Shown: positions 39,941 to 49,281 of the stretch, one piece after another
Layout of the letters: each line of letters starts with the position of its first letter
Numbering within the stretch: the first letter of the stretch is position 1
Source of the DNA: an uncultured Alphaproteobacteria bacterium
GTDB taxonomy: Bacteria; Pseudomonadota; Alphaproteobacteria; Rhizobiales; Beijerinckiaceae
Length of the DNA: 64,000 nucleotides
Direction: 5' to 3'
Assembly: GCA_963775405.1 (NCBI GenBank)
Contig: CAVZJI010000050.1
Coordinates: 8,748 to 72,747, forward strand
Translations under genes and position numbers: made by a program
Notes under the pieces: generated by a model
Told to the model about the DNA's origin: nothing
Database searches by the model: none
What the model saw: only the letters and a program-made list of their open reading frames with translations

Positions 39941-41137
39941 TCAGGGACAGGCTTCGGCGATCAGCGTCTCCGCGCCGTCGATTGCGGCAAGCTCGACCGG
40001 CGCGAAGCCTTGCGGCCCGTCGGGCGCCGCGGCCGCGATGGTCGCGCCGCCATGAGCGAGCGCGCAGAAGCGCTCGCGCGGGATGGGCGCCGGAGTCGTT
40101 CCGGCGGTCCGCAACGGGACGGCTTCGACGCCCGCAGCGCTCAAGATAAGGCTTAGGTCCGAGGACGAGGCGTGCGCCTGCGGCGCCTCGAGACCGCGCT
40201 CGATCGCCGCCGCCTCGACTGCGCCGCCGCCGCGGCGATAGCGGAACGTGACCTCGACCGTTGCGCGGCCCTCGGCGAGCGGCCTCACGAGGCTCGCCTG
40301 CATAAGATCAGCGTGCGGCGGATCGCCGTCGAACGCTCTGGCGTTGAGGCCGTTCGCGCCGGTCGCGAGGATTGGATCGGCGGCGTCGAGCGCGAGGGTC
40401 GCGAGCCGCGAGTCCTTGAGTTCAGCGGGGCTCAGCCAGCGAATGCTGGCCGCCCATGTCTTGCGCATGAGCGTCATCACCGGTTTGCCGACGCCCATTG
40501 CGGCGAGATAAGCCTCGACCGCGGAATCGACGCCTTTTTGCTCGTAGAGCTTATGCGTCGACTTGAGGTGCGCGAGGCCTTCGGTCTCGCTCACCAGCGT
40601 CGTGATCTGATGCACCCCGATCAGCGCCGAGGAGGCGGCGAGGCGTTCGACCCCGCCAGCGAGCACGAGCACGCAGGCCGAGGCGCAGGTCGCGCCGCCG
40701 GTGATCGCCGTGCCGGGGCCGTCAGGACATTTCGGCGAGGCTTCCGGACAGTTGGCGATCAACGTCCGCGCAATGGCGACTGCGAGGCCCTTGGCTCGAA
40801 TGAGTTCGCCCATGACCGCCGCATCGGGGACGGAGCCGCCAGGAGAATGAATGAGGACCGGCAGCCGCCGGCCTTTGAGGTTCGCAACAGTATCGGCGAA
40901 GGCCTTCGCCGTGCCGGGTTCAATCCGGCCCTCGGCCGACAGCCATTCCGGACAATTTGGCTTGCACGCCGCGTCAGCGCTCACCACGCGGACAAATCGC
41001 ATCGGCGGCCCGACGCGCGGCCGCGCTGGCCGCCTCAGGTCAGCGTATGACGGCAGAGCGATGAGACTAAGGAGCGCAACCGCGCCCGCGGATCGCCCGA
41101 GGCGCCGCTTGCTGCGAGGCGGCCGGTTCTCGGCCAT
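39941..41137 (-). CDS. Exported hypothetical protein with ClpP/crotonase-like domain (COG3904-like)
   Basis: CPEWLSAEG.I, HSPGGSV, CASAC...LAGG, IGVHQ. Confidence 0.7.
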   Translation of the reverse strand: MAENRPPRSKRRLGRSAGAVALLSLIALPSYADLRRPARPRVGPPMRFVRVVSADAACKPNCPEWLSAEGRIEPGTAKAFADTVANLKGRRLPVLIHSPGGSVPDAAVMGELIRAKGLAVAIARTLIANCPEASPKCPDGPGTAITGGATCASACVLVLAGGVERLAASSALIGVHQITTLVSETEGLAHLKSTHKLYEQKGVDSAVEAYLAAMGVGKPVMTLMRKTWAASIRWLSPAELKDSRLATLALDAADPILATGANGLNARAFDGDPPHADLMQASLVRPLAEGRATVEVTFRYRRGGGAVEAAAIERGLEAPQAHASSSDLSLILSAAGVEAVPLRTAGTTPAPIPRERFCALAHGGATIAAAAPDGPQGFAPVELAAIDGAETLIAEACP

Positions 41138-41143
41138 TGTGCG

Positions 41144-41998
41144 TTACGACGCCGCCCTGCGGCTTTCCGTGTAGTCGCTTCCCCGCTCGCCCTGTAGGCG
41201 CTGATATTCGAACCCGACGAGGCTCGCGCCGTGCTGACGCTCCAGGCGCCGTACGATGAAATGTCCGCGGGCCAGTGTCTGGAAATGATCGGCGAAGGCG
41301 GCGTTGACCGCCGCGCCGCCGATCGCGCCGAGGATCGGCGCCGCCTGGGCGGCGACCTTCTCGCTCACTACGACGCCAAAGCGCGCGGCGATTTGCGAGA
41401 CCAGCCGCGCCACCACTGGCGCAGGAAGGGCCCCCACACCCTGCGCGGCGACAAAGCGCGCGCTGTCGGTGACGGACTTCGCGAGCGCCGCCCGGACGGC
41501 GAAATAGCCGCTCTCGAACGCCGCTTCTCCATTTCGTTGTACGCCGAGGGCGAACACTTCGACGCAGGCGAAGGCCGCTTCGGGAACGCTCAGATCTTCT
41601 CCCTCCTCGCGCGCGATCTCAGCAATCGAGCGCAGAAGGATGGTGGTCGAGATCGGGAGTTCGATCGGCAGCGCCGCGAGCCCCAGCGCGCCTCCAACCG
41701 CTCCGGACGCCGCGGCGGCGAGCTTATGGGCGCGGTTAGCAGGCTTGGCCGACGCGTCGCTCAGATCGAGCGTGCGCAAAGCAAGCCTGAGCGCGCTCCT
41801 GAGAGCAGTCTCGCTGACGTGCGCAATCACCCGCCGGGCCGATTGCGGAAGGGTGCGACTCAGCATTCCGACCGGACGTCCGACCGCGTCGGTCAGCCGC
41901 TGGGCGAAACTCGTCCCTTCGAGGCAGACGACCGCATGCCTCAGGTCCTCGGTCTCCTTCGGCGTCAGCCGCGCCGGCATATACTCGATGGTCGCCAT
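41144..41998 (-). CDS. EcsC family protein
   Basis: ELPISTTILLRSIAEIAR.EGEDL, QAAPILGAIGGAAVN, HFIVRRLER. Confidence 0.88.
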   Translation of the reverse strand: MATIEYMPARLTPKETEDLRHAVVCLEGTSFAQRLTDAVGRPVGMLSRTLPQSARRVIAHVSETALRSALRLALRTLDLSDASAKPANRAHKLAAAASGAVGGALGLAALPIELPISTTILLRSIAEIAREEGEDLSVPEAAFACVEVFALGVQRNGEAAFESGYFAVRAALAKSVTDSARFVAAQGVGALPAPVVARLVSQIAARFGVVVSEKVAAQAAPILGAIGGAAVNAAFADHFQTLARGHFIVRRLERQHGASLVGFEYQRLQGERGSDYTESRRAAS

Positions 41999-42076
41999 GA
42001 CGCCCCTCAAGCGCGGAACTTTCCACGCCGTTTTCAAGATATGGGGAGTCAGAGCCTTGGGCCAAGAGCCCAGCCG

Positions 42077-42901
42077 TCAAACGAAGGCGATAATCCCTAA
42101 GCTTATGACGCCGGCCGCCCAGCAATAATAGGCGAACGGGCTCATCGCCTCGAATTCGTGCTTGTGGAAATAGCGCATGAGGAGCGTCAGGCTCAGATAG
42201 GCGAAAATGCCGGCGACCACACCAGACAAAATCGCCATCCCCCCGAGCGTTGCCCCCTCCTTCATCAGTTTCGGCGCCTCATAGACATTGGCGGCGAGAA
42301 TGATCGGCGCGCCCATCAGGAACGAAAAGCGCGCCGCCTCCGCGTGCTTGAGCCCCGCCACGACGCCGGCGACGATCGTCGCGCCGGAGCGGGAGATTCC
42401 AGGAATCAGGGCGAAACATTGGGCGACGCCGACCGCCAGCGCTCCCTTCCAATTGAGCTGGTCGAGCGTTCCGACCGATTCCTCACCGATCCGGTCGCCA
42501 AAATAGAGGGTGAAGCCGTTGACGATCAGGAACACCGCGGCGATCGCCGGCGCGGCGAAAGCATCGCCCAGGAGCTTGCGAAACAGGGACCCGGCTATGA
42601 CCGCCGGGATGGTCGCCAGGATGACGAAGAAGAACGTCCGTCTGTCTGTCCTCGCGCGGGCGTCCGGCGCGCTAATGAGAGAGCGCAGAAAGCTCAGCCA
42701 GTCGCGCCAGAAAAAGGCGAAAAGCGCGATCGAAGTGCCGAGATGCATGACCACCAGATAGGCGAGCCAGTCCGGGGCTTTCTCATCCACTCCCCAATTT
42801 AAAAGCCGCGGCAGGATGACCGCGTGGCCGAGGCTCGAGACCGGAAAAAGCTCGGTCACGCCCTGCAGCACGGCCATGATAATCGCTTGCAGTGCGGTCA
42901 A
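42077..42901 (-). CDS. uppP: Undecaprenyl-diphosphate phosphatase
   Basis: QGVTELFPVSSLGH, PGISRSGAT, AARFSFL. Confidence 0.95.
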   Translation of the reverse strand: MTALQAIIMAVLQGVTELFPVSSLGHAVILPRLLNWGVDEKAPDWLAYLVVMHLGTSIALFAFFWRDWLSFLRSLISAPDARARTDRRTFFFVILATIPAVIAGSLFRKLLGDAFAAPAIAAVFLIVNGFTLYFGDRIGEESVGTLDQLNWKGALAVGVAQCFALIPGISRSGATIVAGVVAGLKHAEAARFSFLMGAPIILAANVYEAPKLMKEGATLGGMAILSGVVAGIFAYLSLTLLMRYFHKHEFEAMSPFAYYCWAAGVISLGIIAFV

Positions 42902-42973
42902 GGCGGCCCTCGCCGGTCAGTGAGAGTGACGCCCGACAGGCGCGTTCATGAAATTCCGTCGCAGGCGCCGCCG

Positions 42974-43741
42974 TCAGCAGGTGGCGTGGCCGCACTTGTG
43001 AACCGCGTCGACCTTATCCTTGAGCTGATCGTAACCGACCGCGCCGACGACGACGTCCTGCCCGACGACGAATGTCGGCGTCCCATTGATCTGGAGGGCA
43101 TCGGCGAGCTGCATGACTTCGCTCAATCCGGACTTGACCTCAGGGCTCTCCATGTCCTTGGCGAGCTTGTCCATGTCGAGGCCGAGCTCGCGGGCGACCG
43201 CCACCGCCTCTGTCTTGCCAACGGGCCCGTGTGTCGCAAGCAGCTTCGAATGGAAAGCCCAGAACTTGTCACCCGGCAATTGATTGCGCGCGGCGCTGGC
43301 GACTTTCGCCGCTTCGACCGACCCTGGCCCTAGAACCGGATAATCCTTGAGAACCAGCTTGAGGTTCGGATCGTCCTTCATGAGCTTGGCGACATCCGGC
43401 AACGCGCCTTTGCAGAAGTGACAATTGTAGTCGAAGAATTCGACCAGCGTCGCGCTGCCCTTGGGATTCCCGAGGGTCGCTTGATATTTCGAGCTGAACA
43501 GGGCTCCCGAATCACCGGCGACGACTTTCTGGCGCTCCGCGTCCGCCGTTTCCTTGTCATGCTTATCGAGCGCTTCAATCGCCTGGCGCAGCACTTCCGG
43601 GTTGTTGACCAGATAATCCTTGATGAACGCGCCCAGTTCCTGCTTCTGCGCCGGCGTAAACTCATCGGCGCTGACCGGCGCGGCGGCGCAAGCAACGCCA
43701 ACGAAGGCGGCCGCAAGGCCAAATGCGGTAGTGAGCTTCAT
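42974..43741 (-). CDS. DsbA-family (Com1/ScsC-like) thioredoxin
   Basis: YLVNNPEVL, EFFDYNCHFCK, INGTPTF. Confidence 0.92.
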   Translation of the reverse strand: MKLTTAFGLAAAFVGVACAAAPVSADEFTPAQKQELGAFIKDYLVNNPEVLRQAIEALDKHDKETADAERQKVVAGDSGALFSSKYQATLGNPKGSATLVEFFDYNCHFCKGALPDVAKLMKDDPNLKLVLKDYPVLGPGSVEAAKVASAARNQLPGDKFWAFHSKLLATHGPVGKTEAVAVARELGLDMDKLAKDMESPEVKSGLSEVMQLADALQINGTPTFVVGQDVVVGAVGYDQLKDKVDAVHKCGHATC

Positions 43742-43848
43742 ACGTCTCTCCAGGCTGCGGACGAGGGTCACGGCCGACCACCCATATTCGCAAAGCGGCG
43801 CCCATAACCGCGACAATTGCAACTTTGTTGTGACCCTTGCGCCTGTTC

Positions 43849-45339
43849 TTAGCGGATTTCCGGGACCGTGTCTTCCCGCGCGATCGTGCCGAACCGGGTC
43901 ACCTCGGCGTCGAACTGAAGTTCGATCGTGCCAGTCGGTCCATGGCGCTGCTTGCCGATGATGACTTCCGCCCGCCCGTGCGCGCGCTCCATCTCCGCCA
44001 TCCAGGCGATATGTTCCTCCGTGCCGGGCCGGGGCTCACGGTTCTTGAGGTAATATTCCTCGCGATAGACGAACAGGACAACGTCGGCGTCCTGCTCGAT
44101 TGAGCCCGATTCGCGCAAGTCCGAGAGTTGCGGGCGCTTGTCGTCGCGCTGTTCAACCTGGCGTGACAGCTGCGAGCAGGCCAGGATCGGGATGTTGAGC
44201 TCCTTGGCCAGCGCCTTGAGGCCGGTCGTGATCTCGGTCAGTTCCTGCACCCGGTTCTCGGACCGCGCTCTCGAGCCGGCGAGGAGCTGGAGATAGTCGA
44301 CGACCAGGAGGTCGAGCCCCCGCTGGCGTTTGAGCCGCCTGGCGCGGGCCGTCAATTGCGCGATCGAAACGCCGCCGGTCTGGTCGATGTAAAACGGAAT
44401 CTGCTGCATCTCGCGCACCGCATCGGCGACGTGGTGAAAGTCGCTCTCGGTGATGTCGCCGCGGCGGATCTTGTAGGAAGCGACGCCCGACTGTTCGGCG
44501 ATGATGCGGGTCGCCAGCTGCTCGGACGACATTTCGAGCGAAAAGAAGCCGATAATGCCGCCATTGGCGGCCTCGACCACCCCATCGGCGCGCGTTCGCG
44601 CCTGATAGCTCTTGGCGATGTTGAAGGCGATGTTGGTGGCGAGCGCCGTTTTCCCCATGCCGGGACGGCCGGCGAGGATCACGAGATCGGACGCCTGGAG
44701 GCCGCCCATATAGCGGTCGAGATCCGTCAGCCCCGTGGCGATTCCGCTGAGCGAGCCTTCGCGCTCATAGGCGCGGGCGGCCATGTCGACGGCGATCTTC
44801 AAGGCTTCGGAAAAGCGCTGGAAACCGCCGTCGTAACGCCCGGCCTCGGCGATCTGATAGAGGCGCCGTTCCGCTTCCTCGATCTGCTCGCGCGGGCTCG
44901 AATTGACCGGCGCGTCGTAGGCGACGTTGACGACATCCTCGCCGATCGAAATGAGCTCGCGTCGCATCGCGAGGTCGTAGACGCCGCGGCCATAGTCGTA
45001 AGCGTTGATGATGGTCGTCGCTTCACTGGCCAGGCGGGCGAGATATTGCGGCACCGTCACCCCGCCGATGTCATGGTCGCCGAGGAACGTTTTGAGCGTG
45101 ACCGGCGTCGCCAGTTTGCCCGCCCGGATGAGCGACCCGGCGATTTCGAAGATGCGGCGATGGATCTCCTCGACGAAATGCTCGCTCCTGAGGAAATCGG
45201 AAACGCGGTCGAACGCGTCATTGTTGATGAGGATCGCGCCGAGCAGCGCCTGCTCCGCTTCGAGGTTGTGCGGCGGCGCCCGATAGGCGCGTTCCTGCGG
45301 CGGGGTCTGGCGCTGCGCGAATTGTTCGATGGTCGCCAT
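43849..45339 (-). CDS. dnaB: Replicative DNA helicase
   Basis: PPHNLEAEQALLG, GRPGMGKT, VDYLQL, DLRESGSIEQDAD, KQRHGP; no intein. Confidence 0.98.
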   Translation of the reverse strand: MATIEQFAQRQTPPQERAYRAPPHNLEAEQALLGAILINNDAFDRVSDFLRSEHFVEEIHRRIFEIAGSLIRAGKLATPVTLKTFLGDHDIGGVTVPQYLARLASEATTIINAYDYGRGVYDLAMRRELISIGEDVVNVAYDAPVNSSPREQIEEAERRLYQIAEAGRYDGGFQRFSEALKIAVDMAARAYEREGSLSGIATGLTDLDRYMGGLQASDLVILAGRPGMGKTALATNIAFNIAKSYQARTRADGVVEAANGGIIGFFSLEMSSEQLATRIIAEQSGVASYKIRRGDITESDFHHVADAVREMQQIPFYIDQTGGVSIAQLTARARRLKRQRGLDLLVVDYLQLLAGSRARSENRVQELTEITTGLKALAKELNIPILACSQLSRQVEQRDDKRPQLSDLRESGSIEQDADVVLFVYREEYYLKNREPRPGTEEHIAWMAEMERAHGRAEVIIGKQRHGPTGTIELQFDAEVTRFGTIAREDTVPEIR

Positions 45340-45740
45340 GGCGATCAGCGTGTCCCGTCCGGTTAGAGATTGAGGCGAACGCGAATCGACGCGAATCGGG
45401 TCGCATCCTGCGACGCTGCGCCTCAACGCGGCAAGCCGCGCTTCGACTGGGCCGCTTTGGCCCGGCTCCGATCCCAGGGCGCCGTCTAACCTATAGGCCG
45501 TGCTCCTTGCGAGGGCGCCTTGAATTTATCCCCGCTATCCAATGGGAGAACGAATTCAGGAAACTTCGCTTGACTTTGACGCGGCTGGCGCGCCGACGAC
45601 CAAGGCGCTCTAACTCCGCTAAATCTGAAAAACTGCGAAATGTATTTCTTATTCCGGAAATAAGAGCTATGATGCGGATGGTCGCCTCCAAGGGCGCTCC
45701 GCTGGACCCGGGCTTTTTCGGGTCGGAAGGGCGCAATGTG

Positions 45741-45897
45741 AAACAGCGCGAAACGAAAAAGGCGGTTAAGTCATTGAAAGAAAACAATCCCGCGAAATGA
45801 CTGATTCGGCGCCCATAATGATTTCAATGACTTACTACCAGCGATGCGAAACGCTTCGTTTCGCCAAGCGAAAGATTTGTTTCGTTTTCGCTGTTTT
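45741..45897. repeat. Nested inverted-repeat element (dispersed element copy 2)
   Basis: Imperfect outer IR AAACAGCG..AAACGAAA; perfect inner 13-bp IR TAAGTCATTGAAA (45767) / TTTCAATGACTTA (45822); hairpin GCGAAACG-CTT-CGTTTCGC. Confidence 0.75.
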
Positions 45898-46190
45898 GGG
45901 CCTTGTCGAGGCCCGAAAACGCAACGAAGCGAAACCAAGGGGAAGGCTGACGCCTCAAGGAGCTATGCGCATCGCTGCGGATCACAGTCCGGGGCTCGAA
46001 GGAGGGTCCAGACGGCGACCCGGGGGCGTCGTGGCCGTGGCGCCCCAAGCCGAGAGGCTTTCGAGGCCGCTTCGCGGCGCCTCAGAACGAGGTCTTTCGT
46101 CTACGACTTACCGTCGCCCAAAGTTGCGCAAAACAGCAGTTAATCGGCTGAAATCGCTGGCGCGCGTAAACTTGTGCGCGGGGTCCAGGC

Positions 46191-47159
46191 TCAGCCGCAA
46201 ATCGCGCGCTTCGCCTCGGAATATTCGCGCTCAAGCCGCGCGACGAGTTCTGCCACCGGCTGCACCGATTTGACCGCGCCGATGCCCTGCCCGCTGCCCC
46301 AGATGTCGCGCCAGGCCTTGGCTTCTGACGAAGAACTGCTGGCGGAGGCGAAGCTCATCGCCTTGGCGTCGCGCTCAGGCAGGCTCTCCGGATCGAGACC
46401 GGACCTGACGATCGACGGCTTCAGGTAATTGCCGAATACGCCAGTGAAGTAGGTGGACCCGATGATGTCGGAGGCGTCGCCGGCGACGATCGCCTGTTTA
46501 TAATCTTCGATCGCGCGCGCCTCGGGCGTGGCGACAAAAGCCGAGCCGATATAAGCGAGGTCTGCTCCCATCACCTGCGCTGCGAGCACGGCCCGGCCCG
46601 TCGCAATCGCGCCCGATAGCAAGAGCGGCCCGTCGAACCATGCGCGGATGTCCTGGACGAGCGCGAACGGCGAGGTCGACCCGGCATGGCCCCCGGCGCC
46701 GGCCGCGACCGCGATCAGGCCGTCGGCGCCCTTCTCGATCGCCTTGTGCGCGAAGCGATTGTTGATGATGTCGTGTAGCGTCAAGCCGCCGTAGCCGTGC
46801 ACTGCTGTGTTGACGTCCTCGCGGGCGCCGAGCGACGTGATGACGATCGGCGCCTTCCACTTGACCGCCATCGCCATGTCTTCGTCGAGCCGGGCGTTGG
46901 ACTTGTGGACGATCTGGTTGACCGCGAACGGCGCGGCCAGGCGATCCGGATGCGCGCGGTCATGGGCGGCGAGCGCTTCCGTGATTTCGTGCAGCCATTC
47001 GTCGAGCTGAGAAATGGGGCGTGCGTTGAGCGCCGGGAAAGCGCCGACGATGCCGGCCTTGCACTGGGCGATGACGAGCGCCGGATGCGAGATGATGAAG
47101 AGCGGCGCGCCGACCACGGGCAGCCTCAGCCTGTCCTTGAGAATGTTCGGCAGCGCCAT
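46191..47159 (-). CDS. Nitronate monooxygenase family flavoprotein
   Basis: APLFIIS, GAFPALNAR, AAGAGGHAG, AYIGSAF, DIWGSGQG. Confidence 0.9.
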   Translation of the reverse strand: MALPNILKDRLRLPVVGAPLFIISHPALVIAQCKAGIVGAFPALNARPISQLDEWLHEITEALAAHDRAHPDRLAAPFAVNQIVHKSNARLDEDMAMAVKWKAPIVITSLGAREDVNTAVHGYGGLTLHDIINNRFAHKAIEKGADGLIAVAAGAGGHAGSTSPFALVQDIRAWFDGPLLLSGAIATGRAVLAAQVMGADLAYIGSAFVATPEARAIEDYKQAIVAGDASDIIGSTYFTGVFGNYLKPSIVRSGLDPESLPERDAKAMSFASASSSSSEAKAWRDIWGSGQGIGAVKSVQPVAELVARLEREYSEAKRAICG

Positions 47160-47342
47160 CGCGGATTCCCTGATAATGGTTCATAGATAAACAAGCGGAA
47201 ACTGCCGAGACAAGCCCCAGCAGTCGGCTCGGCGAGATCATCGGCCAATATGATTTCGCCGGTGAGCATAACCATATAGGCTCTCGTCCATGGAGGCTCG
47301 TCGAGAGACCCGTTCGACCAAAACCGACGCGGCGCGGAAAAG

Positions 47343-48383
47343 ATGAGAACACGCGTCGCAGTCGCCCTCGTCATCCTGATCGGTCTTGGCGCCGCGGCGG
47401 CGCTGAGCCGCTCCAGGGACACCCCGGTATGGCTGGTCGCCGACCATCGACTTACAGTCAATACGCCGGCGGGAACGGGTGAGTTGGCGCTCTATGTGTC
47501 GGACGACTGGGATCGGCCGCAGCCGGCGATTGTTCGCGCAATCGTCACGGTGCATGGGCTCAATCGCGCCGCCGACCTCAGCCGCACGGTTGCAGAGACA
47601 GCGCGCGCCAATTCGGAACTCGATCCGGACTCGGTCCTGTTGATCGAGCCGCAATTCCTGAACGAGACGGATGTCGCCGCCTATCGGGTGCCGGCTCAGA
47701 CGCTTTACTGGCGCGGGGCGCGATGGGAAGCTGCGGAGGACGCCCACGGGCCGGCGCGGATCAGCAGCTTCGCCGCCCTTGACGCGATCCTCGCAAAACT
47801 CGCAGATCATGCTGTGTTCCCGGCCCTCAAGACTGTCGTCGTCGCCGGTCACTCCGGTGGCGGCCAGTTCGTGCAACGCTACGCTATCGCTGTCCGCGGC
47901 GAAGGCGCCTTGATTCAGGCGGGAATTCACGTGCGCTATGTCGTAGCCAATCCCTCGTCGTATCTCTACTTCACTCCGGAGAGGCCGACAGGCGAGGAAT
48001 TCCCGCCTTTCGACGGAGCCGCCTGCCCGACCTTCGACAATTGGAAATATGGCGTGCGCGGATGGCCGCAGTACCTCGCCGGCGACGATCCTTCGAAGCT
48101 TGAAGCGGACTACGCCGCGCGCGACGTCGTCTACCTGCTTGGGACTGCCGACGACGACCCCAACAATCCAACCCTCGACAAGACCTGCATGGCCGCGGCG
48201 GAGGGCTCCACACGTTACGAGCGAGGCGTCGCCTACTTCCATTACCTCCAAGCTCGGCATCGAACGGGCCTCGCTCATCGGCTTCTGCTTGTGCCGGGTG
48301 TGGGTCACAATGAAGATGGCGTCTTCAATTCTTCCTGCGGTCTTGCCGCGCTCTACGATCTCCCCGGCTGCGATGGGGGCTGA
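47343..48383 (+). CDS. Exported alpha/beta hydrolase
   Basis: Signal peptide, HG..R, GHSGGGQ, ANPSSYLY, VPGVGH. Confidence 0.88.
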   Translation: MRTRVAVALVILIGLGAAAALSRSRDTPVWLVADHRLTVNTPAGTGELALYVSDDWDRPQPAIVRAIVTVHGLNRAADLSRTVAETARANSELDPDSVLLIEPQFLNETDVAAYRVPAQTLYWRGARWEAAEDAHGPARISSFAALDAILAKLADHAVFPALKTVVVAGHSGGGQFVQRYAIAVRGEGALIQAGIHVRYVVANPSSYLYFTPERPTGEEFPPFDGAACPTFDNWKYGVRGWPQYLAGDDPSKLEADYAARDVVYLLGTADDDPNNPTLDKTCMAAAEGSTRYERGVAYFHYLQARHRTGLAHRLLLVPGVGHNEDGVFNSSCGLAALYDLPGCDGG

Positions 48384-48384
48384 A

Positions 48385-49248
48385 TTATTTCGGTTTCGTA
48401 AGCCAGTCGCACACATAGGCCCCGGGTCCCTTGCGCGCCATGAGCTTCGCCAGCCACGGCAGCAGCTCTCGCGCTTCGTCGATCAGCGTATGCGGCGGAT
48501 TGACGATCAGAAGCCCGGCGCGCGCGAGGGGCGCCTGTCCGTGCGCGCCGATTAGTCCAGGGCCCACATCCAGTTCGAGCCGCAGGATGTCCGGCGCGCC
48601 GAGCGCGGCGACCGAATTGAGGAAATGCGCGTCGGCGCGGGCGTCGCGGACCGGGCGCCAGGCGATGTAGGTTCCCGTCGGCCATTTGCTCAAGCCGCGT
48701 TCGAGCGCTCGCTCGACGGCGCCCGCTTCATCCGGCGCCTCGAATGGCGGGTCGATCAAGACGATTCCGCGCCGCTCCTTGGGCGGCAGGTAGGCGTTCA
48801 GGGCGACATACCCGTCCGTGCCGACGATGCTGAGCCGCCCATCGCGACCAAGCGCGGCGATCAACGCCTCGCGTTCGTCCGGGTTGGCTTCGCAGAGCGC
48901 GATGCGATCCTGCCGGCGCATGAGAGTTTGCGCGATCGCTGGCGAACCCGGATAGCTGAGCGGCCGGCCCTCGGCGTCGTGCGGGCCGATAGCTTGCCGG
49001 TAAGGGCGCAGGAGCTCGGCGACGGGCGCCGGCGCGAGCGCCCTGAGAACGCGCGCGATCCCCTCGCGCCATTCCGGCGACCGCTTCCCCTCCTGGCTCG
49101 CCAGATCGAAACGACCCGGCCCGGCGTGGGTGTCGATGAAGCGGAACGGGCTTTCCTTGCGGGTCAGATAAACGAGGATACGGGCCAGAACGGCGTGCTT
49201 GAGCACGTCGGCGAAATTGCCGGCATGAAAGGCGTGGCGATAGTTGAT
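48385..49248 (-). CDS. rlmJ: 23S rRNA m6A2030 methyltransferase, apparent ATC start
   Basis: NYRHAFHAGNFADVLKH, DTHAG, YPGSP, LIDPPFE. Confidence 0.93.
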   Translation of the reverse strand: MNYRHAFHAGNFADVLKHAVLARILVYLTRKESPFRFIDTHAGPGRFDLASQEGKRSPEWREGIARVLRALAPAPVAELLRPYRQAIGPHDAEGRPLSYPGSPAIAQTLMRRQDRIALCEANPDEREALIAALGRDGRLSIVGTDGYVALNAYLPPKERRGIVLIDPPFEAPDEAGAVERALERGLSKWPTGTYIAWRPVRDARADAHFLNSVAALGAPDILRLELDVGPGLIGAHGQAPLARAGLLIVNPPHTLIDEARELLPWLAKLMARKGPGAYVCDWLTKPK

Positions 49249-49281
49249 CTGAACGATCCTCCCATTCCGGGGCGCCGGACC

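Noticed and set aside
43849-45339. Intein in dnaB
   Set aside because: Normal length (about 496 aa) with contiguous motifs
45340-46190. Replication origin next to dnaB
   Set aside because: Only a two-mismatch DnaA-like box (TTATCCCCG), no box cluster, no CtrA TTAA-N7-TTAA and no hemE context
45491-46273. ORFs 45491-45787, 45507-45800, 45797-46273
   Set aside because: They run through inverted repeats, have atypical composition and show no recognisable motifs
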